This document shows, piece by piece, positions 27,878 through 36,798 of a DNA stretch of 64,000 nucleotides; position 1 is the first letter of the stretch; every line of letters begins with the position of its first letter. The notes below the pieces were generated by a model that saw only the letters and a list, made by a program, of their open reading frames with translations, made no database searches and was not told the origin of the DNA. The stretch comes from an uncultured virus (IMG/VR IMGVR_UViG_3300022752_000028) (taxonomy: Duplodnaviria > Heunggongvirae > Uroviricota > Caudoviricetes), in the IMG/VR virus record IMGVR_UViG_3300022752_000028; one strand, 5' to 3'. The position numbers were made by a program, and so were the translations under genes.

Positions 27878-27935
27878 ATGCAGTCGGGCTCGTGCAGCAT
27901 CGTGTAGACGTGGTATGATAGTCACAGGAGGAAAC

Positions 27936-28253
27936 ATGGCCTACGAACTCACCTTCACCGTCCACCCGCGCGGCACTTCTCAGTGCGACCTCTGCTCCAG
28001 CCGCGTCGGCTACGGCTTCCAGACGACCGCGCACGGCACCCCCATCTTCTTCCACTGCGTCACCTGCGTCTACACGACCTACAGCGAGGTCGAGGTGGAC
28101 GGTGCGCTTCTGGCTCGGGAGCGGCTCCTCGCCCAGATCGAGCAGGCCCGGCGGGATGAGCTCCTCGAGGAGGAGCACTGGCGAGACGAGGTGATGCGGG
28201 CGTGGCTGGACGTCGATGTGGAGCCCCTCGCGGGGGAGCAGGGTGCGGCATGA
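27936..28253 (+). CDS. CxxC..CxxC hypothetical protein
   Basis: Degenerate element at 27889, AGGAGG. Confidence 0.7.
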   Translation: MAYELTFTVHPRGTSQCDLCSSRVGYGFQTTAHGTPIFFHCVTCVYTTYSEVEVDGALLARERLLAQIEQARRDELLEEEHWRDEVMRAWLDVDVEPLAGEQGAA

Positions 28254-28568
28254 AGCCCCTGATCCCGCTCGACCTGCTGATGCGCAGTGTCATTGTCCCC
28301 CTCATCCCGTCCCTCCTCACTACAGGTGAGTGGGACGAGGTCTGTCCCACCCAGGTCGCCGCCCACTTCCCAGGATTGTTCTGATGCGCTGCGTCGCCCG
28401 TCCTCTACATGCGAGCACTGCGCGACAAAGCACCGAAGCCACCCCAGGATGGGCGGGGGACACGGCGCAAGTGGGGGTGAGGTGTAACGTGGCCCGAATA
28501 AACGTGTGACTGCGCTGTGTCTGGTTGCATCGGGCGAGATATGTAGATGCTAGGAGCACAGACAGACA

Positions 28569-29108
28569 ATGGCAACGCAGTTCAACAGGAAGCAGATCCG
28601 GGCACTCATCAAGGAGTCGCTCTACCAGATGGTCAACGAGGGAGCGTCCTCCGAGGAGGTCGAGGGTGTCTACGGCAAAGCCCCGCCCAATGACCTCTTC
28701 GCCATGCTGACGAACATGCACCCCGCGATCGGGGACGCGGTGCAGGCTGCCCTCGACGAGGTCGTCCCTGAGTTCGGTGCGATGCCCGCCTTCAGCGGCA
28801 AGCGCGCTGAAGCGAAGCGCGCCGAGTGGCTCGCAGACGTCTCCACCGCCGTGGGTGAGAGAGTGGAGGATCTCGTCGCTGACGACCCCGACGCAGCAGC
28901 TGAGTGGTCAGAGCTGGGCTACTCCGCTGAGGTCGACGCCTTCAACGCCCTGCTCGACGCCGAGATCGAGAAGCTCGCATCCGGGGAGCTGATGACACGC
29001 GCCGAGAGGGAAGCCGACGAGGAGCGCTACAGCGCCGACATCGCCGACACCGAGAAGAGCCTCAGCAGGGGTTCCAACTTCCTCGGCCCACGCGGCTCAA
29101 GGTACTGA
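28569..29108 (+). CDS. acidic protein with IIREE-type leader (putative internal head protein)
   Basis: RKQIRALIKESL; GATATGTA at 28538. Confidence 0.75.
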   Translation: MATQFNRKQIRALIKESLYQMVNEGASSEEVEGVYGKAPPNDLFAMLTNMHPAIGDAVQAALDEVVPEFGAMPAFSGKRAEAKRAEWLADVSTAVGERVEDLVADDPDAAAEWSELGYSAEVDAFNALLDAEIEKLASGELMTRAEREADEERYSADIADTEKSLSRGSNFLGPRGSRY

Positions 29109-29330
29109 CGTGACCCGCGACCAGGTGGCAGCACTGCTAGACACCGCGATGCGCGAGGCGGTGCAGGGGCGCGAAGAGGCGCGAGCAGCAGCGGAGCGGG
29201 AAGCATACACTCGCGCTTACGCCGACGAACTCCACGCCGACGACAAAGACGCAGACAGCTAAGCACAGACACTCAGCAGGATGATATGTAGCTCCAGACG
29301 CGGCGTCGCCGCCGAAGGAGCTTTATCACT

Positions 29331-30317
29331 ATGAGAATTACCAGAAGCGGGCTGAGAAGGATCATCGCCGAGGAGAGCGCCCGCATCCTCGCAGAGTCGA
29401 AGAAGGGCACACACGAGCGCGTCCCAGGTGGCCACCAGATGCGGATGGCAGCAGGATTCGAGGACGAGCCTGAAGAGGAAGACTGGGACGACGAGGGCGG
29501 GGATGACGACTACTACGGCGACCCAGATCCCTTCGGTGACGATGAAGCTCTGGAGATGGGCTACGAGTACGATCCCTCGTCTGCTGGCTGGAAGAAGCCC
29601 GGTCTCGACGAGGGCGAGGGGCACCACGTGTCACCCCGCAAGAAGCTGGGTCGCTTCCTCGCCACCCACGGCGTGGACGACGAGGCTGTCTTCAAGGTGA
29701 TCAACGCTGTCGTCAAGCGCGCAGAAGAGACAGGTGCTGAGGTGACATCCGAGGACATCACCTTCAACCTCGACGATGAAATCATCGACGCGCTACCCGA
29801 AGACGAAGCAGATGCATGGCACAGCATGCTCGAGGACATCCTCGCAGACGAGATCGATTCCGACGCCTTCGCGGACGCCGAGGCACATCGCAAGGACATC
29901 AGGGACACCGAGCGCAGCCTTGACAGGGAAGAGGGGCTGAGCGACTACGGCGACGACGACACCGAGGGCGGTGACGACTACGACGACGGCGGTGACTGGT
30001 ACCTCGAGGAGGGAGACGGGGGCGACTACGACTACGACTACGAGGACGAGCCCGAAGGCACCGAGATGGGCGATCCCGAGGATCCCTACGGCGACCTGCC
30101 CAAGGGTGAGCATCCACGCGGCGGCCTCGTCCACACGGCAGGCTTCAAGGGCGACAGTCCTGCGAAGTCACTGCTGCGTCGCCGTGAGGAGTTCCCAGAG
30201 CACCCCTCCGGCTTGACCGGGATGGGCGGTCCCTACTCAGAGTACGACCACCTGCACTACGGTGCGGGCATCAACGAAGCACGCTGGGCGAAGCTTGCTG
30301 GCGTCCTGAAGGACTGA
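29331..30317 (+). CDS. highly acidic protein with IIREE-type leader and C-terminal NEARWAKLAG motif
   Basis: MRITRSGLRRIIAEES; GATATGTA at 29283. Confidence 0.8.
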   Translation: MRITRSGLRRIIAEESARILAESKKGTHERVPGGHQMRMAAGFEDEPEEEDWDDEGGDDDYYGDPDPFGDDEALEMGYEYDPSSAGWKKPGLDEGEGHHVSPRKKLGRFLATHGVDDEAVFKVINAVVKRAEETGAEVTSEDITFNLDDEIIDALPEDEADAWHSMLEDILADEIDSDAFADAEAHRKDIRDTERSLDREEGLSDYGDDDTEGGDDYDDGGDWYLEEGDGGDYDYDYEDEPEGTEMGDPEDPYGDLPKGEHPRGGLVHTAGFKGDSPAKSLLRRREEFPEHPSGLTGMGGPYSEYDHLHYGAGINEARWAKLAGVLKD

Positions 30318-30700
30318 TCAGTCAGGGTACGCCCCGTCTCCCCAGCGCTCGCGCTGCAGGGACAGGGACAGGGGGCGCTTCCGCCGATATGGGCCGGGGC
30401 GCCCCTTCTAGTGTGGGCTGCAGGGTAGGCCAGGGCCCCCCGATAAGGGCTAGTAGAGCTGGGAGGGGGCGCTCCAGGGGGAGGGCTAGGGGGGTCCCTA
30501 GGGGGGCGCAAGCTCACCGGCGGGGCTTCCTGCGCTGCGGGGACTAGGGCCACTTGTGCCTCCCGGGAGCGCCGATCACTTTCCACCCCGCTTCCTCGAC
30601 GACAGAGCAGCCCTAGCCCGATGACACCGCCAACACCCCTCCCTGTCGTCTGCAGACCGTGGCTATCCGAGTCTGAGTTGAGCACCCGATCTCCCCGAGG
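30318..30700. other. Non-coding block with dense G-runs on the + strand
   Basis: Many GGG-GGGGGG tracts in 30358-30550; no credible ORF. Confidence 0.7.
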
Positions 30701-30704
30701 ACCC

Positions 30705-30804
30705 AAAATCTGCGCAGCAAAAGTGCCCCAGAGCGCTTGCGGGACAAAAAACTTCCGGGGAAAATTGGGTCACTTTTGACCCTTCTGGGAGACGAAGATA
30801 TGTA
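30705..30804 (+). repeat. A-tract module copy 1 (copy 2 at 32306-32405)
   Basis: AAAATCTGCGC, CAAAAAACTTCCsGGGAAAATT, CTTTTGACC and sATATGTA at identical offsets 0/40/68/92 in both copies. Confidence 0.85.
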
Positions 30805-30822
30805 CTCTGTAGAGGATTTAAT

Positions 30823-31257
30823 ATGAGAATCACAAGCAAGCAACTTCGACAGATTATCCGTGAGGAGTTAATTCGAGAGATGGATGACGGTCCCGGCGAG
30901 GTCCCCGGCTACGGGCAAGAGGGAGATCAATATCCACTGATGAGATCACTAGATTTAGGTGAGGTCGCCGATTCGATGATCCACGCATGGGGTTATGAGG
31001 ACATCCTCGTCATGGTGGATATATTGAGGACAACCAACTTCCGTAGCTCTCCTCAAGCGTTAGAGGACCTTGATAGTGCACAGGAATTATTTGACGACCT
31101 GCTCTCGCCCTTCGGGCTGACAGCTGATCCTGAGGATCGTCGTCTGACCCCTCGTGAGAGTAAGTGGATTGCCGGCCTCTTGGGTGAGATCCAACGACGC
31201 GCGAAGGTCATGATCAAGCTCGACGATGAGCGCCAACTTACAAAATACAACGATTAG
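30823..31257 (+). CDS. IIREE-leader protein
   Basis: MRITSKQLRQIIREELIRE. Confidence 0.8.
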   Translation: MRITSKQLRQIIREELIREMDDGPGEVPGYGQEGDQYPLMRSLDLGEVADSMIHAWGYEDILVMVDILRTTNFRSSPQALEDLDSAQELFDDLLSPFGLTADPEDRRLTPRESKWIAGLLGEIQRRAKVMIKLDDERQLTKYND

Positions 31258-31266
31258 GAGAACATC

Positions 31267-31713
31267 ATGCGGATCACACAACGTCAACTTCGACAGATCA
31301 TCCGTGAGGAGGCATCACTGCTCCTCCGCGAAGCTAAGGCGCCCAAGGACAAGGTTAAGCGGGCACCAACAGCTTACGCAGGTGACACCTTCCTCATCTA
31401 CACCGGTGGAGAAGATCCTGAATTCGGTGGGCCCTCCGGCATGGCCGAGTACTACATCGGCACCAAGGACGATGTCGAGGCCTTCTGCGCCGGTGAGGAC
31501 GTCAAGCTCAAGCCTGCCCCCTCGATCGGCACCCAGCGCCAGTGGGACAACCACATGAACGGCGGTCCCAATCCGATCGCGGTGTGGCTGAAGAAGCACC
31601 CCGAGATCAAGTACGTCCTGGATCAGGACTACCCGGACCCCTTCGGCGCTACCGAGTTCTTCGATGCTGCAGACTGGATCGCCGAGCAGGAAGACGCCGA
31701 GTTCGAGGGCTAA
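31267..31713 (+). CDS. IIREE-leader protein
   Basis: MRITQRQLRQIIREEASLLLRE. Confidence 0.8.
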   Translation: MRITQRQLRQIIREEASLLLREAKAPKDKVKRAPTAYAGDTFLIYTGGEDPEFGGPSGMAEYYIGTKDDVEAFCAGEDVKLKPAPSIGTQRQWDNHMNGGPNPIAVWLKKHPEIKYVLDQDYPDPFGATEFFDAADWIAEQEDAEFEG

Positions 31714-31714
31714 C

Positions 31715-32293
31715 ATGCGGGTCACATCACGCCAGATTCGACAGATCATCCGCGAAGAGGTCAGCCGCCTTCTGAATGAGCAAGGTGCCAACGTCGCCCG
31801 GGTTCGTGAGAGTGAGGAAAGAGATTGGTGGAAGACCACGGAGGAGGAAGACGAGCAGATCCGACAGGCCGAGGAGGCTGCTTTCATGAGATCTCCACTC
31901 GTCAGAGCCATGCATCGCGCCAGGATCTTCCTGGATCCCTATGAGATCAAGGACCTCATTGACCGCGCCGGGTCTAGAAATCCCGACAAGGTGATCGCTC
32001 TCTATAGAAGTGACCTAGAAAGAGCGCGCTCACCCGAGCCTCTCCGCTTCTCTCCTGCTTCGGCACCTGCCGCGCCTCAATATTCTGATCGGGTTGAGAA
32101 AATGGTGACATACTACACTACAGATCCCAGTGGAAGACACTCCTGGAAGACAGGCGCTCGTGAGGAATACGCGGACATGGCAGCGGGAGGGGATGCCGGC
32201 GGAATCCGCGATGAATACTACGCTGAAGGCCCTGAAGGCCCTGCATGGTCCGATTCTGATTTCCAGGACGTCATTGACGCCGTCGATGGTTGA
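31715..32293 (+). CDS. IIREE-leader protein
   Basis: MRVTSRQIRQIIREEVSRLLNE. Confidence 0.8.
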   Translation: MRVTSRQIRQIIREEVSRLLNEQGANVARVRESEERDWWKTTEEEDEQIRQAEEAAFMRSPLVRAMHRARIFLDPYEIKDLIDRAGSRNPDKVIALYRSDLERARSPEPLRFSPASAPAAPQYSDRVEKMVTYYTTDPSGRHSWKTGAREEYADMAAGGDAGGIRDEYYAEGPEGPAWSDSDFQDVIDAVDG

Positions 32294-32305
32294 CTGTAAA
32301 GATCA

Positions 32306-32405
32306 AAAATCTGCGCCGTAAATTTTTTCTCCCGGGTCGTTTTCTCAAAAAACTTCCCGGGAAAATTTTGCGTCTTTTGACCTTTGTGGTCGCGCGCCAT
32401 ATGTA
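32306..32405 (+). repeat. A-tract module copy 2
   Basis: Same boxes and offsets as 30705. Confidence 0.85.
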
Positions 32406-32428
32406 GAACCGTACCCCTGAGCCACCTG

Positions 32429-33094
32429 ATGTCCTATGCGCCCATCCGTCGACTTGTAAGACAGTTCCTCCTCGAGAGCGCTCCTGATGGTGCTTCGCCC
32501 GAGGAGCTGGAGCTGACCGATACACGGAGTGAAGCACCGAAGCCCCCACCTCCCTTTTTCACCCCGATACCCAAGGAGCTAAATCCTGATGAGGGTGCTC
32601 GCCGGAAGACGAACCTCATGATCTGGTTTGGTGGCTCCAAGATCCGGCAGAGAGATGGTGCGCCGCTGCGCATGTTCCACGGCACTAACGCTGCCTTCAC
32701 ATCGTTCAAAGTTGCGCCGGGTGGCCTGTTCGGGCCCGGGATCTATTTCACTGACGATCCTGAGGTCGCCAACCGCTACACGGTCGACGTGGGTGGCTAC
32801 GGACGCCGCGCCGATGATCTTATGTCTGACTGGGAGGCCACACCCAACGTGATCCCAGCGTATCTTCGTGTCCTGCGCCCCTATGTCATCCCGATCGAGG
32901 CATATCCCAATTCGAACTTATCAAATTCCGTCAAAGCTGAGGGCTACGACGGTATTGTTGTCAGATCACCTAATCGACCTTTCTCCATTGTCGTCGTCTT
33001 CGATCCTCGGCAGGTGAAGTCTGCGCTGGGTAACGTGGGTGACTTTGACTGGCGGCAGGAGGACATTGCTCTTGAGGAAGATGGCAGTTTGTAG
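32429..33094 (+). CDS. ADP-ribosyltransferase-like protein (ART-PolyVal type)
   Basis: MFHGT, GPGIYFT, PAYL, GYDGIVV, VVFDPRQVKS. Confidence 0.75.
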   Translation: MSYAPIRRLVRQFLLESAPDGASPEELELTDTRSEAPKPPPPFFTPIPKELNPDEGARRKTNLMIWFGGSKIRQRDGAPLRMFHGTNAAFTSFKVAPGGLFGPGIYFTDDPEVANRYTVDVGGYGRRADDLMSDWEATPNVIPAYLRVLRPYVIPIEAYPNSNLSNSVKAEGYDGIVVRSPNRPFSIVVVFDPRQVKSALGNVGDFDWRQEDIALEEDGSL

Positions 33095-33144
33095 ATTTGA
33101 CCTTTGCAACTCACAGTATATTTAATCTTTGTATCGGAGATGAA

Positions 33145-33603
33145 ATGAAGATCACACAGCGTCATTTAAGGCAGATTATTCGTGAGGAACTTTCTCTTCT
33201 CCGTGAAGCTTCCATCCTCAGTGTGTTCGATAAGCCTAAAGTTGACTCAACTGGCACACAAATTATCATTAAGAAATTAGATGGATCTGCAGCGGTGCCG
33301 TCACAGAAATTAGGTGTCCGTGTTGTGAAAGAAGGACCTTTTGGCGTTCAGCTAAGCCACATCTTCGATGTGTCTGCTTTGTCAATTGACTCGTGGACGC
33401 CAGACGTTCCTGAGGGCCAACCTTTCATGACTGTGTCTTTCACTGTTGCAGGAAATAGAAAGACGGGTATTAAACTTAAAAATAAGGTCGCGCTAAAGAA
33501 AATTGCCGATGCCATACTTGCAAGAACCAAGGCAGAGGGTGAGTTTATACCTTTTGAGAACTTTAGCGCTGCGCTAATTGTCAATTACGACCAGAACAAA
33601 TGA
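33145..33603 (+). CDS. IIREE-leader protein
   Basis: MKITQRHLRQIIREELSLLRE. Confidence 0.8.
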   Translation: MKITQRHLRQIIREELSLLREASILSVFDKPKVDSTGTQIIIKKLDGSAAVPSQKLGVRVVKEGPFGVQLSHIFDVSALSIDSWTPDVPEGQPFMTVSFTVAGNRKTGIKLKNKVALKKIADAILARTKAEGEFIPFENFSAALIVNYDQNK

Positions 33604-33657
33604 TTATTTGCAGCTATCAATAAACATTCTGCTTCCTCGAAGAGGATATGTAGATGT

Positions 33658-34206
33658 ATGGAATTAGAAGCGATACAGCGTAGAATTGCTGAGTTGCACA
33701 CCGCACTCGACCAGATGGAAGATAGCCTGGAATTCTACAAAAAGTTTGTCACGTCACCTAACCCACGACACCGTGGCATTCCATTCATGGCAGCTGCTGA
33801 GGGCTTTGGGTCGTCAAGGTATGATCCATATGGACAATTTCGTAGGGGATTTTCTTCTCTTGCAAACTCACTGGGTTTAGGGCACATCTGGGTGGCGGCA
33901 AATGATCGTGGATGGGTGGTGCTTGTGACACAAGCAAAAAGCATTCTCTTTCCAGATGTTCCGATGCATGTTCCCACAGCCAAAAATCCCAAGCCGCCCA
34001 GGGTGCAGCACGATCCAAAGCGCGCTGAAGTTGCAGTGATTTATCTAGAACGTGCACTAGAAAAGATGAAAAACGATCTCATGCAGTTAGAGAACACTGT
34101 TTCAAGTGATACAAGCTTATTTGACAATAATTCTGGCATAGATGATATTGAGAATCTAACAGAAAATTTATCAATTATAAAAAGAAAAAGATTGTGGAGA
34201 TTTTAA
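33658..34206 (+). CDS. hypothetical protein
   Basis: GATATGTA 5 nt upstream of ATG. Confidence 0.7.
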   Translation: MELEAIQRRIAELHTALDQMEDSLEFYKKFVTSPNPRHRGIPFMAAAEGFGSSRYDPYGQFRRGFSSLANSLGLGHIWVAANDRGWVVLVTQAKSILFPDVPMHVPTAKNPKPPRVQHDPKRAEVAVIYLERALEKMKNDLMQLENTVSSDTSLFDNNSGIDDIENLTENLSIIKRKRLWRF

Positions 34207-36213
34207 ATGAGCCACATACTACGCCAGCTTATTAGAGAAATGAAGCTTATTGATGAGTTAGATAGCTCTCGTGAAAGAGCAAGCTTTAAACCAGGCTCAT
34301 CTCTTCCCAGATCAGGCATATTCTTTGATGATCCAAGAGACACATTAAAGCGCATGGTAACACTTTGTCAGCAAGTTCCAGGAACAGTTGCAAACGTTAT
34401 GCTAGGCGATGACTATGTTGAAAGTTTTGTTCAACTACCCAACAGTGCAGCTTCAAATAATGAAGTTCTTTTATTAGTCAAATACAGTAGGCCAATCAAA
34501 GAATACATAAATTCTTATCGTTGTCGACCAGTAGCTGATTGGGAGCTAGGCGCATCTGGTATTGTTTCAGCTGCAATACGTAGTAAGTACGGATCACTCG
34601 CATCTAAGTACATTGGAATTGCGTCACTTAACACAAATGAAAAAATAGAAAGTGATATTCTTCTTAATACTGATCCTAAATTAGTTTTTTTGATCACAAA
34701 ATGTGACAATCCTCTCTTAAGTTGGGAATTTAAAGATGAGAGATGGAAAAAGTCAAATGTAAAAATAACTTGGGATGCTGTTACTGATACTGTCAACAGA
34801 GGGATGTGGCTTAATCTAATTCCAAAAAATCTTGCCGATTCTATCAAAAATCTGCCATGTTCTCAGTTTGAAGATCCATCTCAAGGATCACAATGCCTTA
34901 TAGGCATGCAGGCAGACTATATATCAACTTTAAATAAAATCAATTCTGCATTGGGAATTGGCTCATTTTTTATTGGTCCTGAACTTGCAATTCCTACAAT
35001 ACCAATAAGCATTACACTGGCTGCATATTATGGAGAAACTGGACACCCATATCTTGCTGCACTAAATTACGTCGGCGCTGCGCTTTCTCTTGTAGCACCT
35101 GCAATGTCAGCTTATAGTAACGTTGCACATCTTCAAAAAGCAGAAGATCTTGCTGAAGTCATCCATGCATCAGCACAAGTTAGAGGTATGAATGCTCTTG
35201 CTGATATGGGAATCATCACACAGCAAGAGGGTGTATTGGCTCAGAGCACATCTTGGCTGTCGGGAAGATCTTTCAATGGTATTTCTTTTAGAATGCTCAA
35301 TGAATTTGCAAAAAGATTTCCAGAAATTGCAGGTAAGCAATTTACTACTGCCAGTGCTGCTGCGCAAGCAGCTGAAGCGGGAGAAAATGTTGTAAGAGGT
35401 TGGGTTCAAGTAGAGGGTGGTTTCAACTGGGTACTGATGGGAGATGAAACGGGTCAAATTTTTAGAGTATTCAAGAATGCAGCAGGGAAAGATGTCATCT
35501 TTACACAAGAAATGACTAAATTTCTTGATTTTGCAGCAAAGCGTCCTGAGATTTGGGTGCGTTACATATATTGGTTCAATGGATGTTTTGGTAAGATAGG
35601 TCTTGGATTAGGAATTTTAGGAGCCAATCTAGATACACTAACAATTGCGGGTGTTTTTGACCCTGAGACTGTTCCTGCTACAAAAGACATCAAGACTTAT
35701 GAATTTGAACCAGTTGATTATAGCACTGCTTTTACGCCACAAGGTAATATTTCATTTAAGACAGGATTTGCTGTACTAGTTAGAAACTGGGCAAAGAAAA
35801 AGATTGATGTTACAAAATTTATTGAGAATACTCCAGAAGGAAGTGTAACAATTGTCAATATCAATGATCCCACAAGAAAAGTAATTAAGAAAACTTGGGA
35901 AATTGTCGAATTAATTACTGCCATGGACAGCATTATTCCAAGTACTGAGGGGAATGTGGGTGTTCCTATCGAACAAATTAAAGTTTTGTATGCAGATAAG
36001 CAGTTTTTTAGTAATTTAAACTATTACATTGACAATCCAGATTATCTTACAGATCCTGACAAATTTGTCTGCAAAGAAGTAACTGATACTAGTACTGAAA
36101 CTGGTAAAAAGACATCAAAAATATGCTATTCGGGGCAAGTTTACAGATTTGCTCCGAATGTATTCTGCCTTGTTATGCCTGAAACAGTTGCTGAAATTGC
36201 AACTTCTAAGTAG
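34207..36213 (+). CDS. large hypothetical protein with leader and central hydrophobic helices
   Basis: MSHILRQLIRE; 668 aa ORF. Confidence 0.8.
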   Translation: MSHILRQLIREMKLIDELDSSRERASFKPGSSLPRSGIFFDDPRDTLKRMVTLCQQVPGTVANVMLGDDYVESFVQLPNSAASNNEVLLLVKYSRPIKEYINSYRCRPVADWELGASGIVSAAIRSKYGSLASKYIGIASLNTNEKIESDILLNTDPKLVFLITKCDNPLLSWEFKDERWKKSNVKITWDAVTDTVNRGMWLNLIPKNLADSIKNLPCSQFEDPSQGSQCLIGMQADYISTLNKINSALGIGSFFIGPELAIPTIPISITLAAYYGETGHPYLAALNYVGAALSLVAPAMSAYSNVAHLQKAEDLAEVIHASAQVRGMNALADMGIITQQEGVLAQSTSWLSGRSFNGISFRMLNEFAKRFPEIAGKQFTTASAAAQAAEAGENVVRGWVQVEGGFNWVLMGDETGQIFRVFKNAAGKDVIFTQEMTKFLDFAAKRPEIWVRYIYWFNGCFGKIGLGLGILGANLDTLTIAGVFDPETVPATKDIKTYEFEPVDYSTAFTPQGNISFKTGFAVLVRNWAKKKIDVTKFIENTPEGSVTIVNINDPTRKVIKKTWEIVELITAMDSIIPSTEGNVGVPIEQIKVLYADKQFFSNLNYYIDNPDYLTDPDKFVCKEVTDTSTETGKKTSKICYSGQVYRFAPNVFCLVMPETVAEIATSK

Positions 36214-36217
36214 AAGA

Positions 36218-36616
36218 CTAAAAATCAATTCCTGTCTGTTTGATGAACCTCTTCACGATTAGACCAGCCTTAGCATTTGCTTGATCTTCGTGAAAGCCAC
36301 CCTCATCCTTCACGGGTCCTGTGATTAATCCCTTCTCCTGCTGCATCATGTGTGTCATCTCATGCGCTAATGACCTGAGGCAGTCAATTATCATTCGACC
36401 TTTGGCATAGATCTTAATTGTATTGTCTCTAGGATCATAAAAAGCAGTCGTCTTAATGCCATGCTTCTTTCTATCATCAACAAAGTAGATGCTGTAGTCG
36501 CATTCTTCGTCAATGCTAAGCTCATTATTGCAGCGGTCAATAAAGTCAGCAATAAGCTTGACATTATCATTTAGATCAGCTAGATCTTTTGAGATGTAGA
36601 GTTTTCTTTTAGACAT
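36218..36616 (-). CDS. zincin-like HExxH metallopeptidase
   Basis: TTAFY..LRSLAHEMTH..E. Confidence 0.75.
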   Translation of the reverse strand: MSKRKLYISKDLADLNDNVKLIADFIDRCNNELSIDEECDYSIYFVDDRKKHGIKTTAFYDPRDNTIKIYAKGRMIIDCLRSLAHEMTHMMQQEKGLITGPVKDEGGFHEDQANAKAGLIVKRFIKQTGIDF

Positions 36617-36798
36617 TCTATCAGTAATTATCTGAACAGATTTCCTTTCTTCTTAAGAGTTATTAAATACTATATCTAATAGATCAGAGAGCACTAAGAA
36701 CCATAGAGGTATCGATCTAGTCTTTACAAGTAGGTATTTTATTGATCTATGTGAACAAAGTCGTAGTGACCACTGATACTTATAGATAGGAGCAGGTC

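Larger units (their letters stand above)
80..27919 (+). repeat. Dispersed array of about 55 copies of a bipartite promoter-like element CCCGTGC-N13-NGTGGTATACT (variants TAGAAT/TATGAT/TACAAT) plus downstream GGAGG RBS
   Basis: CCCGTGC box starts at 80,407,1016,1964,2361,4029,4354,5044,6666,7044,7583,7979,8787,11982,12255,12662,12989,13312,13560,13906,14180,14535,14744,15190,15493,15941,16271,17007,17336,17557,17756,18024,19454,19765,20261,20615,20841,21099,21444,21661,22039,22307,22566,22922,23228,23447,23665,23833,25178,25671,26030,26227,26529,27629,27889 (a few are 1-2 nt variants). Spacer is 13 nt in nearly all copies; all on + strand. Confidence 0.95.

Noticed and set aside
80..27919. CRISPR array interpretation of the repeats
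   Set aside because: Intervals are gene-sized and variable (about 170 bp to over 3 kb) and encode ORFs; the repeat is bipartite with a variable middle; no cas genes are visible.
30257..30706. 149-aa Pro-rich minus-strand ORF
   Set aside because: A by-product of the G-run block, with low complexity and no expression signals.
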